NCBI RefSeq assembly: GCF_000446015.1
Contig: NC_022093.1
Location: 1,440,001 to 1,472,000, forward strand
Length of the DNA: 32,000 nucleotides
Direction: 5' to 3'
Origin: Thermofilum adornatum
GTDB taxonomy: Archaea > Thermoproteota > Thermoprotei > Thermofilales > Thermofilaceae
Shown: positions 1 to 7,978 of the stretch, piece by piece
Position numbering within the stretch: position 1 is the first letter of the stretch
How the letters are laid out: every line of letters begins with the position of its first letter
The notes under the pieces: generated by a model
What the model was told of the DNA's origin: nothing
What the model saw: only the letters and a program-made list of their open reading frames with translations
Database searches by the model: none
Position numbers and translations under genes: made by a program

Positions 1-85
1 TGCTGAAGTACTCGTATTGGATTATAGTTATTATCTGTGTTTTTATTGCAAAAAGATTGCAACGTTTGTTGAAGAGGAGGAGGCC

Positions 86-826
86 ATGACTGAAATACGC
101 GAAACCGAAGAGCCTGTCGAGCTGAGTGTCTGGGATTTGAGCGGAAGAGAGAGGCATAAGCAGGAACGCAGGGCGCAAGTAACAGCTTGGTTCCTAAAAC
201 CTGGAGAGCGAGATGTTATCATGGATGTTGGCTGTGGTGATGGTTTTGTGACTAGCTTCTTCTTAAAGGCCGGCTTCGTGGTGGGTTTGGAGCCTTCGTA
301 TCACTCACTCGAGATTGCCAAACGTAAGGTACCTAAGGGTAATGTCCAGTTTATTTGCGCTGATGCGCGCTTTATTCCTTTGAGAGCCAACTCAATAGAT
401 AAGGTGGCTATACTTGAAGTTTTGGAGCACTTGCCCCGAGCTTCTCAACAAATGGTTATTGAGGAAATCGATAGAGTTTTGAAAAAAGGTGGGATTCTCG
501 TCGTCACGGTGCCTTACAAGGAAAAGATTATTTATACCCGCTGTATCCACTGTGGAAAGCTGACTCCATTGTGGGGCCACTTACATTCTATGGACGAGGA
601 GAAGGTTAACAAACTCTTACCTCCGAGCTACGTGCTTGTAGCCAAAGCGCATTTTCCAAATCTAGAATTAATATCGATGTTAGGTATTTTTCATAGATTA
701 CCATTTCCATTATGGTTTATTATTAATAATTTCCTTGGAATTATAAAAAAAGGATATTGGATCTTGGTCAAATATAAGAAATTTTTAAATGAATGTAAAA
801 TTAGAGAAAAACCCATTATTGAGTGA
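86..826 (+). CDS. Class I SAM-dependent methyltransferase
   Basis: ORF 17..826. It carries SAM-binding motif I (VIMDVGCGDGF) and downstream motifs (VAILEVLEHL, VLKKGGILVVTVP). A CxxC (CIHCGK) plus GHLH insert suggests a small zinc knuckle. I prefer the ATG at 86, preceded by GAGGAGGAGG, over the TTG at 17, but the start is uncertain. Confidence 0.75.
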   Translation: MTEIRETEEPVELSVWDLSGRERHKQERRAQVTAWFLKPGERDVIMDVGCGDGFVTSFFLKAGFVVGLEPSYHSLEIAKRKVPKGNVQFICADARFIPLRANSIDKVAILEVLEHLPRASQQMVIEEIDRVLKKGGILVVTVPYKEKIIYTRCIHCGKLTPLWGHLHSMDEEKVNKLLPPSYVLVAKAHFPNLELISMLGIFHRLPFPLWFIINNFLGIIKKGYWILVKYKKFLNECKIREKPIIE

Positions 827-830
827 GATA

Positions 831-1052
831 ATGTTAACTCCAAATCGTATCTGTGTAATTGGGCTGGGGTATGTTGGTTTGCCTACTGCTGTTGTTTTTG
901 CTGGCAAGGGGTATGAAGTTGTTGGTGTGGATGTTGACGCTAAGAAGGTTGAGGCTGTGAATGATGGTAGGTGTTATTTGAGGGAGCCTGGGCTGGACGT
1001 TCTTTTGTGTGACTCAGTGTCTAAGGGGTTTTTGAGGACTAGCGCGCTCTAG
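831..1052 (+). pseudogene. N-terminal fragment of a UDP-glucose/GDP-mannose (UDP-ManNAc) 6-dehydrogenase family gene (WecC-like)
   Basis: The Rossmann segment ICVIGLGYVGLPTAVVFAGKGYEVVGVDVDAKKVEAVNDG is typical of this family. The frame ends after about 73 codons, whereas about 400+ aa are expected. wecB starts 35 nt later, so the rest of the gene is missing. Confidence 0.7.
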
Positions 1053-1057
1053 GGTTC

Positions 1058-1071
1058 TTAATATTTAAAAA
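1058..1071 (+). promoter_or_regulatory. TATA-like box upstream of wecB
   Basis: The AT-rich element ttaatatttaaaaa is centred about 23 nt upstream of the ATG at 1087. This fits an archaeal TATA box driving a leaderless or near-leaderless mRNA. Confidence 0.35.
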
Positions 1072-1086
1072 TGAGGAGTGGGCTGT

Positions 1087-2172
1087 ATGAAGATTCTTTC
1101 CGTGGTCGGGGCTAGGCCCAATTACGTTAAGTTGGTAGCGGTACACGATGTCTTCTCAAGGTTTTTCGAGCACGTTGTAGTGGATACTGGCCAGCATTAT
1201 GATTATGAGATGAATAGGGTGTTTTTCGAGCAGCTGGAGGTTCCAGAGCCGGACTACTTCCTAGGTGTAGGGAGCGGCTCTCACGGGTACCAGGTGGGGG
1301 AAATTGTTAAACGGGTGGAGGAGGTTTTGCAGAGGGAGCGACCTGACTTTGTGGTTGTTTATGGAGATACGAACTCGACTCTGGGTGGCGCGCTTGCGGC
1401 TGTGAAGGCGGGGTTTAGGGTTGGGCATGTGGAGGCTGGGTTGAGGAGTTTTGATATGTCGATGCCGGAGGAGGTGAATAGGAGGGTTGTGGATCATGTG
1501 TCGCATTTGCTTTTTGCGCCTACTGGGAGTGCGTATAGGAATTTGTTGGCTGAGCGGGTTCCTGGCAGGGTCTTTGTTACGGGTGATGTTCATGTTCGTG
1601 CTTTGAAGAGGTGGCTTCCTATAGCGGAGGAGAGGTCTCATGTGTTGGAGAGGCTTGGGCTGGATCCTGGCTATGTGGTTGTAACTCTTCACCGGGCTGA
1701 GAATACCGATGACCCAGCACGCCTTTCCAAGATTGTTGGTCTGCTGGTTGGTCTTGCTAGGCGGGAGCGTGTGGTTTTTCCTGTTCATCCGAGGATCAGG
1801 AAGAGGCTTGTCGATTTGGGTCTCTGGGAGGGTCTTAGCGGTAGCGGTATTGTTTTGTCGGAGCCTTTGGGCTATTTGGACTTTCTAAAGTTGCTGAGTA
1901 ATAGTCGGCTTGTGGTTACTGATTCTGGTGGTGTTCAGAGGGAGGCATACCTCTTAAGGAAGCCCGTAGTTGTTTTGCGTGGGGTCACGGAGTGGGTCGA
2001 GCTGGTGGAGTCTGGGCTTGCGTTGCTGGTTGATGTGGAGTCTGGCCTGGATCCGGAGAGGATTCTGGATTGGCGCCCATCTGGCTATGTGGAAGGTCTA
2101 TTGGGGGACGAGCATGCTCCTGAGAAAATTGCTGAAATCTTAAAGGGATATCTAGAGAGTGGAAATTTTTAG
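1087..2172 (+). CDS. wecB: UDP-N-acetylglucosamine 2-epimerase (non-hydrolysing)
   Basis: ORF 1078..2172. N-terminus is MKILSVVGARPNYVKL. Family motifs include DTGQHYD, GDTNSTLGGALAA, HVEAGLRSFD..MPEEVNRR, TLHRAEN and TDSGGVQREA. The length is as expected. I prefer the ATG at 1087 to the GTG at 1078. Confidence 0.85.
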   Translation: MKILSVVGARPNYVKLVAVHDVFSRFFEHVVVDTGQHYDYEMNRVFFEQLEVPEPDYFLGVGSGSHGYQVGEIVKRVEEVLQRERPDFVVVYGDTNSTLGGALAAVKAGFRVGHVEAGLRSFDMSMPEEVNRRVVDHVSHLLFAPTGSAYRNLLAERVPGRVFVTGDVHVRALKRWLPIAEERSHVLERLGLDPGYVVVTLHRAENTDDPARLSKIVGLLVGLARRERVVFPVHPRIRKRLVDLGLWEGLSGSGIVLSEPLGYLDFLKLLSNSRLVVTDSGGVQREAYLLRKPVVVLRGVTEWVELVESGLALLVDVESGLDPERILDWRPSGYVEGLLGDEHAPEKIAEILKGYLESGNF

Positions 2173-2314
2173 AATAATTTCTTGTTTATTTTTAAAGCGC
2201 ATGCTATGAAAGCTTTAAAAACCGTGGGCTGTGCGTGTAACGGAGATTCTGGCGTCGTATTTGGCACTAGGTTTTGAATAATTAGGTCCCTCCTCACAAT
2301 TCACGAGTCTTTAA

Positions 2315-2440
2315 AGAGTTTGTGCTGAGCTTAAGAAGGCTCTGGGTAGTGGCGTTGAGTTGCCTGGAGTTTTTCCTTTTGGTGATGGGAGGGCGGCTGT
2401 TAGGATAGTTGACTCTGTTTTGTCTCTGCTCGGGATCTAG
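2315..2440 (+). pseudogene. C-terminal remnant of a second UDP-GlcNAc 2-epimerase-like gene
   Basis: A 41-codon frame reads RVCAELKKALGSGVELPGVFPFGDGRAAVRIVDSVLSLLGI and then stops. The FGDGRAAVRIV segment resembles the conserved C-terminal (N)PYGDG(K/R)A..RI tail of WecB enzymes. It is preceded by an in-frame stop and has no N-terminal part. Confidence 0.4.
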
Positions 2441-2453
2441 CAGATTTAGTTCT

Positions 2454-2759
2454 TTATTTTTCTTCTATTTTCTCACGTTTCAATTCGAATATTACGGTTC
2501 CCCCGCAGGTGTAGGGTTTTCCTGGGTCTGGGCACTGAGTGTAGCCGGTGTCTTCTTGTTTGCCGATTCCGAGGGCTGTGGCTGGTACGCCTTTGAGCAG
2601 GGGGGCTAGGAGTGTGAGCATGGATGCTAGGGCGTGTAGGCAGATTCCTTTGCCTGTGTCTTTTATGTAGAATTTTTCGATGGTGAAGGTGTCTCCTGGC
2701 TTGTAGCCTAGGGCGCAGTTTCCCCTTACTTCTTTTACTTGGACTGTGACCTTGTACAT
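2454..2759 (-). CDS. TIGR04076-like small conserved protein
   Basis: A 101-aa ORF with an ATG start. The pattern G.C..GYK.GD.F......KGIC.HAL.S.....L..G........CPDPG.......V.FEL matches my memory of the TIGR04076 family. No search was run. Confidence 0.65.
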   Translation of the reverse strand: MYKVTVQVKEVRGNCALGYKPGDTFTIEKFYIKDTGKGICLHALASMLTLLAPLLKGVPATALGIGKQEDTGYTQCPDPGKPYTCGGTVIFELKREKIEEK

Positions 2760-3003
2760 TTTTTGCCTTGGATGTTTGGTTTTTGTGTTTATTTTGTTTT
2801 GTTGGCTGGGTTTTTACTCGTGGGGTGGGTGTATCATTTTTTGGGCTTTTTGTGGCTTTGGCTCGGGCTCTTCGGGATCCTTGCTCGGTGTTCTGCCCGT
2901 GGGGGTCTGGTGTGTGTTTTTCTTTTTGGAGGCGAGGGGTTCGGCTGCAGTTTCTATTGAGAGGGGGCTTAGGGGCGGGTCTTTGACGCTTTTTAGGCAT
3001 AGT

Positions 3004-3390
3004 ATGTATAGGCCTATGCTGTATGTGGATGTTAGGGATGTCGCGCGGGCTTTTAGGGCTTACGCGGTGAGGGTTCTCGACGGGAGGGTCGAGAAGGAGG
3101 GTGGTAGCCTTAGGAGGGTTTTGAATCTCTTCTATCCTGAGCCGTATACTGTGCTGGAGATAGCGGAGATGGTTCGTGACGTTATTAGGGAGGTTACTGG
3201 GGGCGCTTTGGAGCCTAGGATCGAGGTTGTTGACCAGGGCTTGCCTTCGCTGTTTGGGCCGGGGGATAAGTATAGGTTTAGGTTGGATGTTTCGGGGACG
3301 CTGGGCTTCCTTGGGCTAGGGAGGCTGATTAGCCCGAGGGAGTCTATCGAGTATATTGTGAGGAGGAGGCTCGGGAAAGAGACAGGCTAG
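3004..3390 (+). pseudogene. C-terminal fragment of an NAD-dependent epimerase/dehydratase
   Basis: MYRPMLYVDVRDVARAFRAYAV....RVLNL..PEPYTVLEIAEMVRDV resembles the C-terminal substrate-binding half of SDR-type sugar epimerases/dehydratases. The N-terminal Rossmann (GxxGxxG) half is absent. The upstream part of ORF 2746..3390 is only a G+T-rich tract. Confidence 0.6.
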
Positions 3391-3584
3391 GCTTTTCTTT
3401 GATAGAGGATCTCGGTCTTTCTTCTTCTTTTAGATTAGCTTAATGTGTTTATGAAAAATGTATGTTAACAATTTTATTCGTTTTTCTGTAGGGTCTCTTT
3501 GTGTTTATTTTGATGAATGTTCTTCTTGATTTAGTTATATTTGTATTTTTTTATTTTTCTTGATTCCTTAAAAATAAATTTTCT

Positions 3585-3908
3585 CTATTCATTGTCCTGA
3601 AGAAGACATGATATTATAATATAGCAACATCCAACTATTAGCATAACAAAGCCCAAAAAAGAAACTACATTAGTTATGTATTTTATAATCGTTTTTTTAA
3701 AGCTTGTTACGTTATTGATCAAACCTATCGCTTTTAGCTGGTTGCCAAACCATTCGACATGATTCTCGAGATGATCACTGACGATATTTTGAAGTGAACC
3801 ATCGTTTCCCATGGTAATGATTGCTGTCCCCAGCATAATTAATATTATCATTACAATTAATTTTATCGCTCTGCTTATGACTTGAGTACTATTTGAAGAA
3901 GTCCACAC
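3585..3908 (-). CDS. Hypothetical small membrane protein (two predicted TM helices)
   Basis: A 107-aa ORF with a GTG start inside a markedly AT-rich stretch. It has two hydrophobic segments (AIKLIVMIILIMLGTAIITMG and VVSFLGFVMLIVGCCYIIISCLL). I recognised no family. Confidence 0.4.
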   Translation of the reverse strand: MWTSSNSTQVISRAIKLIVMIILIMLGTAIITMGNDGSLQNIVSDHLENHVEWFGNQLKAIGLINNVTSFKKTIIKYITNVVSFLGFVMLIVGCCYIIISCLLQDNE

Positions 3909-4121
3909 AACGAAGTTTTCTCAAATAGTTTATTTAAAGTTAACGTGCGAGCGCACGAACTGGGGTCTAGAGTTCCGCTTGCGAGTTTGCTCGCTTTAGG
4001 ATATATTTTTAGCCTTTTCATGCTAAAGAAGTTTAGAAGTGCTGTTTGCAATATTGCTGATATGTATGGTGCTTTGGACTTAGCATTCTCTTTTTAAGCT
4101 CTTGGAGCGTCTATTAAGCCT

Positions 4122-4368
4122 ATTCAGGTTGGGTGTGAGATAGCTAAGCTTCTTTTGGTCGTGGCAGAGCTTAAACCAAAGGTTGTTTTGGAAATCGGCA
4201 CGGCTGGAGGGCAGGCTATTACTATTTACGAATGTTGCGGGTCCTGAGGCTAGGATTATAAGTGTAGACCTTCCAGCAGGACTCTTTCCGTGGAAAAGCT
4301 TGGGTTGTGCGCGCTCGCCTGTAGCTTCAGGGTTTTTGTTCCAAAGCTGGAAGATTGCAATGGTCTAG
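4122..4368 (+). pseudogene. Frameshifted, truncated class I SAM-dependent methyltransferase
   Basis: Frame 1 reads IQVGCEIAKLLLVVAELKPKVVLEIGTAGGQA (motif I) and stops at 4245-4247. The +1 frame (ORF 4183..4368) continues with LLLFTNVAGPEARIISVDLPAGLF (post-motif I / acidic D). Only about 80 codons of the methyltransferase remain. Confidence 0.45.
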
Positions 4369-4377
4369 GCGGGTGGC

Positions 4378-4806
4378 ATGCTGTGGGGAAGGTTTTTTAA
4401 AAGGCATTGTCATGCTAGGTGTGTGGTTGCTGCTGGGAGGTTTGAGCTGGTTAGTCGTTTGCTTTTCGAGGCTGAGGAGTACCTGGCTAAGGGGGATGCC
4501 GTCCAGTCTTCTGAGAAGCTTTACAAGGTTGCTGAGGAGTGCGTTAAAGCGCTGTCTGAGCGATTGGGTCTCCCCGAGGTGAAGGAAGCCGAGGTGAAGG
4601 GGAGGTGGACGGTTGCTCTGCTTGAGAGAGCTGTGAGGAGGCTGGCCGACGAGTTGGGCGTAGATGTTCAGCTCGGCTGGGATGCGGCGAGTCACCTGCA
4701 TGTGTGGGGGTTCCACGAAGCGAAGCTAGAAGTGGAGGATGTGAAGGCGAGGATTCCCCTGATAAAGCGGCTGGTAGAGTTGGCTGAGAAAACTTGTACA
4801 GAATGA
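4378..4806 (+). CDS. PaREP1-family protein (subtype B)
   Basis: EAEEYLAKGDAVQSSEKLYKVAEECVKAL...GRWTVALLERAV...WDAASHLHVWGFHEAKL aligns along its length with the ORF at 7568..7978. The start is uncertain and internal GTGs are possible. Confidence 0.75.
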   Translation: MLWGRFFKRHCHARCVVAAGRFELVSRLLFEAEEYLAKGDAVQSSEKLYKVAEECVKALSERLGLPEVKEAEVKGRWTVALLERAVRRLADELGVDVQLGWDAASHLHVWGFHEAKLEVEDVKARIPLIKRLVELAEKTCTE

Positions 4807-5359
4807 TGGTGCGCGGCTTTTATATTATCTCTAGCGCGCTAGCCACGCTATCCTCGTGTTGCTCTTACTGTTTAACTCTTGTAAGGGTTCTGATTTTAGG
4901 TTGGTGCGTCTCTTGGCACGATGAATGCGTGTGTGTACAGGACGTTCCCCAACTCTGTTTGCCCCTCAGTGCTCAGCTTGCGCCGAGTACCCGGTGTCTG
5001 GGGGCATAGGACGAGAAGCTGAGTTGCCTAGGGACGCCGCCCTTTAGGGGGCAGAGGCCTTAGCGCATGCTTCCAATAACTACAGCTACTAGAGCCCCAA
5101 AACAATCTAAAAAGCCTGCTACAGCATCTTCACTAAACAAAAAGCCAAGAGGCTAGACGAGTACAGCACAAGCCATTGAAGTGCACGTCTCGACCTAATA
5201 GCTACTCGACAAAAAGCTACGATTTCGAGGTGCTGGCAGTGATCGTCAATTACAACTCGAAGCCCTTCCTAGCAATTGAAAGAATGTTGCTCAAGGGGCT
5301 CGCCGATCTAGAGCGCTACAGCGCACCGGCTTTTGGTTGCTGTTTGATGCTGATAGGTC

Positions 5360-5881
5360 TTGGTTTGGAAGCTCGTTGAAGAGAAGCCTCTGGACGAGGC
5401 TGATGAGGCTAATTTGAGGGAGTTGGCTTGGGCTACGGGCTGGAGTGTTGATGATGTTGTAGATGATTTGAGGAATGGGTGGGGGGATCCTTTGGGTAGG
5501 GTTGATAGGTATAGGGAGATGTTTGAGAGGTACTATAGGGAAGCCTTGGAGCTGGTTGATAGAGATGCTCGGCAGGCGGCTGAAAAGCTTTGGGGCGCTG
5601 TGACGGCTCTGGTGAAGCTCCACGCGTCCCTGAAGAGGGTATTTTTTGCGTGGTGGGACCACGGCAAGCTCTACAACTACGTTACCCATAATGTCGAGGA
5701 GGAGCATAGGGAACTCTTCTATCATCTTCTGATGACGGGCAGGGAGTTGCATAGATACTTCTATGAAGGGGACCTGGACAGAGATACCTTCATTAATTTC
5801 TGGAATAAGGCTGTTAAGCTCCTAGAGGAGGCAAAGGAGGTGGTCTACAGGCTCTCTGCCAAGGCAGTACAAAAAGAGTAA
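5360..5881 (+). CDS. PaREP1-like protein (divergent subtype C)
   Basis: The core is RQAAEKLWGAVTALVKLHA...GRELHRYFYEGDL. It shares the Q-x-x-E-K-x-W-G and L-H-x-x-F-Y-E signatures of the other paralogs. TTG start. The N-terminal roughly 55 aa are unique. Confidence 0.6.
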   Translation: MVWKLVEEKPLDEADEANLRELAWATGWSVDDVVDDLRNGWGDPLGRVDRYREMFERYYREALELVDRDARQAAEKLWGAVTALVKLHASLKRVFFAWWDHGKLYNYVTHNVEEEHRELFYHLLMTGRELHRYFYEGDLDRDTFINFWNKAVKLLEEAKEVVYRLSAKAVQKE

Positions 5882-6034
5882 GCAAGTGTCGCTTGTTCAA
5901 AGTGTCTTCAGCGATCCCTCGGGCGTCTCCTGGAGATGGGGAAAACGTATTAGTGTTTAGTGTCGATGGGGGTTTGAATGTTGGTGACGGGTAGAGGTTT
6001 TAGGAGTGTGAGAGCTCTTTGATTATGGTGGCGT

Positions 6035-6403
6035 GTGAGGTGGGCGGGGAGTGGGCACGTAGGGGTTGAGGCTGTTGTTCGGAACCCGTTTACGGGTAGG
6101 GGCGCGCCTGTTAGGGCTCTTGTGGATGCGGGGGCTATGGACACTGTTATCTCTAGGAAGATTGCTGGAGAGCTTGAACTTCCTGTGACTGGGAAGAGCG
6201 TTGTGTTGACAGCTAGGGGCTCTATGGAGCTTGATGAGTGTATAGGGGTTCTAGAGGTTATGGGTAAGAGGAGGGCAGTGCCTATGTTGGTGTCGGATGA
6301 GATGGATTTTGCACTTTTAGGTGTTACAACGCTTGAGTTGCTGCGTCTCGAAGTAGACCCTACTACGGGTAAGCTTAAGGAAAGCGTGGCGTTTCTGCTC
6401 TAA
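6035..6403 (+). CDS. Retropepsin-like (clan AA) aspartic protease, archaeal AF_0612-like type
   Basis: VRALVDAGAMDTVIS occupies the position of the D-T/S-G-A active-site loop. The C-terminal LLGVTTLELLRLEVDPTTGKL is typical of this small single-domain family. The putative active site reads D-A-G rather than D-T/S-G. Confidence 0.65.
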   Translation: MRWAGSGHVGVEAVVRNPFTGRGAPVRALVDAGAMDTVISRKIAGELELPVTGKSVVLTARGSMELDECIGVLEVMGKRRAVPMLVSDEMDFALLGVTTLELLRLEVDPTTGKLKESVAFLL

Positions 6404-6847
6404 AACAGATTTAAAGGTAGTATGTCTGAGAGTTTGTGTGCTCTTTGGGGGCCGCTTTGAATTGAATGCTTCTTTATGGTGACGCTAGCAAGTAACAAGA
6501 GAGCTTTGACTTTATCTCTGTGTGTTTGTGCAATGTTTGAGACTCGGTTCAGGCTCTTTGAAGCTTCCGAGGTTCGTTGTATATTCTGTATCAAGTGGGC
6601 TACGCTAGTAGCACTTCATTTGTAAATTCATTTATTGAGGGGGTAGCGCGGATGTGGATATATATGATGTGTTTTCCATTTGGGAAGAGTCGTATAGGAG
6701 CTTGTACCGGAATTTTTCCTTTTTGCCGTCTAGCCTGACATGATTATGGGTAGGAGTAGCGTGGATAGTACTTTGTGCGTATATTTGTTGTAGTGCTCCG
6801 CAAGGTTTATAGCACAGGTGTCACTGGGAATATAATAGGGGTTTTCT

Positions 6848-7330
6848 TTGATTGTTCTGCCTAAGAGGATTGCGGAGAAATTGAGGAGGGAATCAGAGAA
6901 GGCTGGCGTTTCCGAGGAGGAATTGGTGGTTGAGGCTTTGTCGAGGATGTTAAATGAGCCGCTCGACCCGGAGGCTAGGTTTGAGGTGCACTTGAAGCTG
7001 TCGGAGAAGTATCTGAGGGATGCAGAGGAGTTGCTGGCTAGGGGTGACTATGTGCAGGCATCTGAGAAGGCCTGGGGCGCCGCGGCCCAGATTGTTAAAG
7101 CTGTGGCGGCAAAGGAGGGGAGGGAGCTCAGGAGTCATGCTGAGCTGTGGGGTTATATGGATGAGCTGGCCGAGAGGGCGGGGGACGTGATGTTGAGGTA
7201 TCTTTGGAGGACCGCGAATGCTCTTCACCAGAACTTTTATGAGGGCTGGATGCCGCCTAGGGAGGTTGAGCTCGCGGTGAGGGATGTTAAAGTGTTTGTT
7301 GAGAAGCTTAGGGCGATAGCGCGCCTGTAG
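6848..7330 (+). CDS. RHH-like N-terminus fused to a PaREP1 domain (subtype A)
   Basis: N-terminus is LPKRIAEKLRRESEKAGVSEEELVVEALSRML (beta-strand and two-helix RHH pattern). The PaREP1 core follows: LKLSEKYLRDAEELLARGDYVQASEKAWGAAAQIVKAVAAKEGRELRSH...LHQNFYEGW. TTG start. Confidence 0.8.
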   Translation: MIVLPKRIAEKLRRESEKAGVSEEELVVEALSRMLNEPLDPEARFEVHLKLSEKYLRDAEELLARGDYVQASEKAWGAAAQIVKAVAAKEGRELRSHAELWGYMDELAERAGDVMLRYLWRTANALHQNFYEGWMPPREVELAVRDVKVFVEKLRAIARL

Positions 7331-7567
7331 GGGTAATGGCGGTTTTAGGTGGGTTGGTCAGTTTGTGCTTATAGAAGGTGCTTCTTCCCTCTTTTGGACT
7401 AGGGGCAATTTGTTTTGGGTGAATTGTTGTTTTAGTGTTTCCCACAAGAACCACTGTTTGAGACGCGTGGCGAAAATAGTAGAGTGGAATGAGGGTGTGC
7501 TTCGACTGAGAAGTGGACATGTTTTGCAGGGTGTGCCCCATGACAAGCTTTTAGGGGCGCTATGTGT

Positions 7568-7978
7568 TTAGTCGTTGTTGCCATAAATGATTTTCCTTGT
7601 TTCAGAGATCATCCTTTCTATGTCTGGCATTCTCTCCTTTACGGCTTCTGAGTCTAGCTTGGCCTCGTGGAAACCCCAGACGTGTAGGTAGTTTGCCCTG
7701 TCCCATGTCGCGCTGAACCAGTCGCCTAGCTTCTTGGATATTCTTGAGACTGCCTTCTCGAGTTCTGTAACTGTCCACCTGCCCCTCTCATCAACAGTTT
7801 TGAGGATGTCTTCCATGTTGAAGCTTATAGCGAGCATCTTGACGGCTTCCTCGGCGGCCTTGTAGAGCTTCTCCGAAGCCTGAACAGGGTCTTTCTCGAT
7901 TAGTGTCTTCCCCTCTTCCAGGTATCTCAATGCGAGGGCGAGGTGGTGCTCAGCTCCAGGCAAGCTTAGTACCCCCAT
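7568..7978 (-). CDS. PaREP1-family protein (subtype B)
   Basis: ATG start. QASEKLYKAAEEAVKML...GRWTVTELEKAV...WDRANYLHVWGFHEAKL. Paralog of 4378..4806. Confidence 0.8.
   Translation of the reverse strand: MGVLSLPGAEHHLALALRYLEEGKTLIEKDPVQASEKLYKAAEEAVKMLAISFNMEDILKTVDERGRWTVTELEKAVSRISKKLGDWFSATWDRANYLHVWGFHEAKLDSEAVKERMPDIERMISETRKIIYGNND

Noticed and set aside
1261-1788. Long antisense ORFs opposite well-supported genes: 1261-1788(-), 4327-4716(-), 5291-5752(-), 6950-7228(-), 10700-11065(-), 12619-13002(-), 13269-13568(-), 18517-18849(-), 20321-20747(-), 23699-24060(-) and others.
   Set aside because: They encode Pro/Arg/His/Thr/Asn-rich low-complexity peptides with no motifs. They lie exactly antisense to genes with strong family signatures. 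They stay open because the G-rich, C-poor sense strands leave few stop codons on the antisense strand.
2473-3003. The 175-aa very basic minus-strand ORF (MPKKRQRPAPKPP...), and the hydrophobic N-terminal extension of plus-strand ORF 2746..3390.
   Set aside because: Both are read through the G+T-rich tract. The basic ORF overlaps the TIGR04076 gene out of frame, so it is not an N-terminal extension of it. The compositions are what the nucleotide skew dictates, and I recognised no domain.
5176-5379. Short unsupported ORFs in intergenic gaps: 5176-5379(+), 4794-5009(+), 5950-6144(-), 6400-6594(-), 7308-7571 (several), 7977-8198(+), 11281-11463(+), 16953-17153(-).
   Set aside because: They have no motifs, atypical composition, and no plausible promoter or start context. 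The 4.8-5.36 kb gap is compositionally odd (C/A-rich on the plus strand), but neither strand gave a recognisable protein or RNA.
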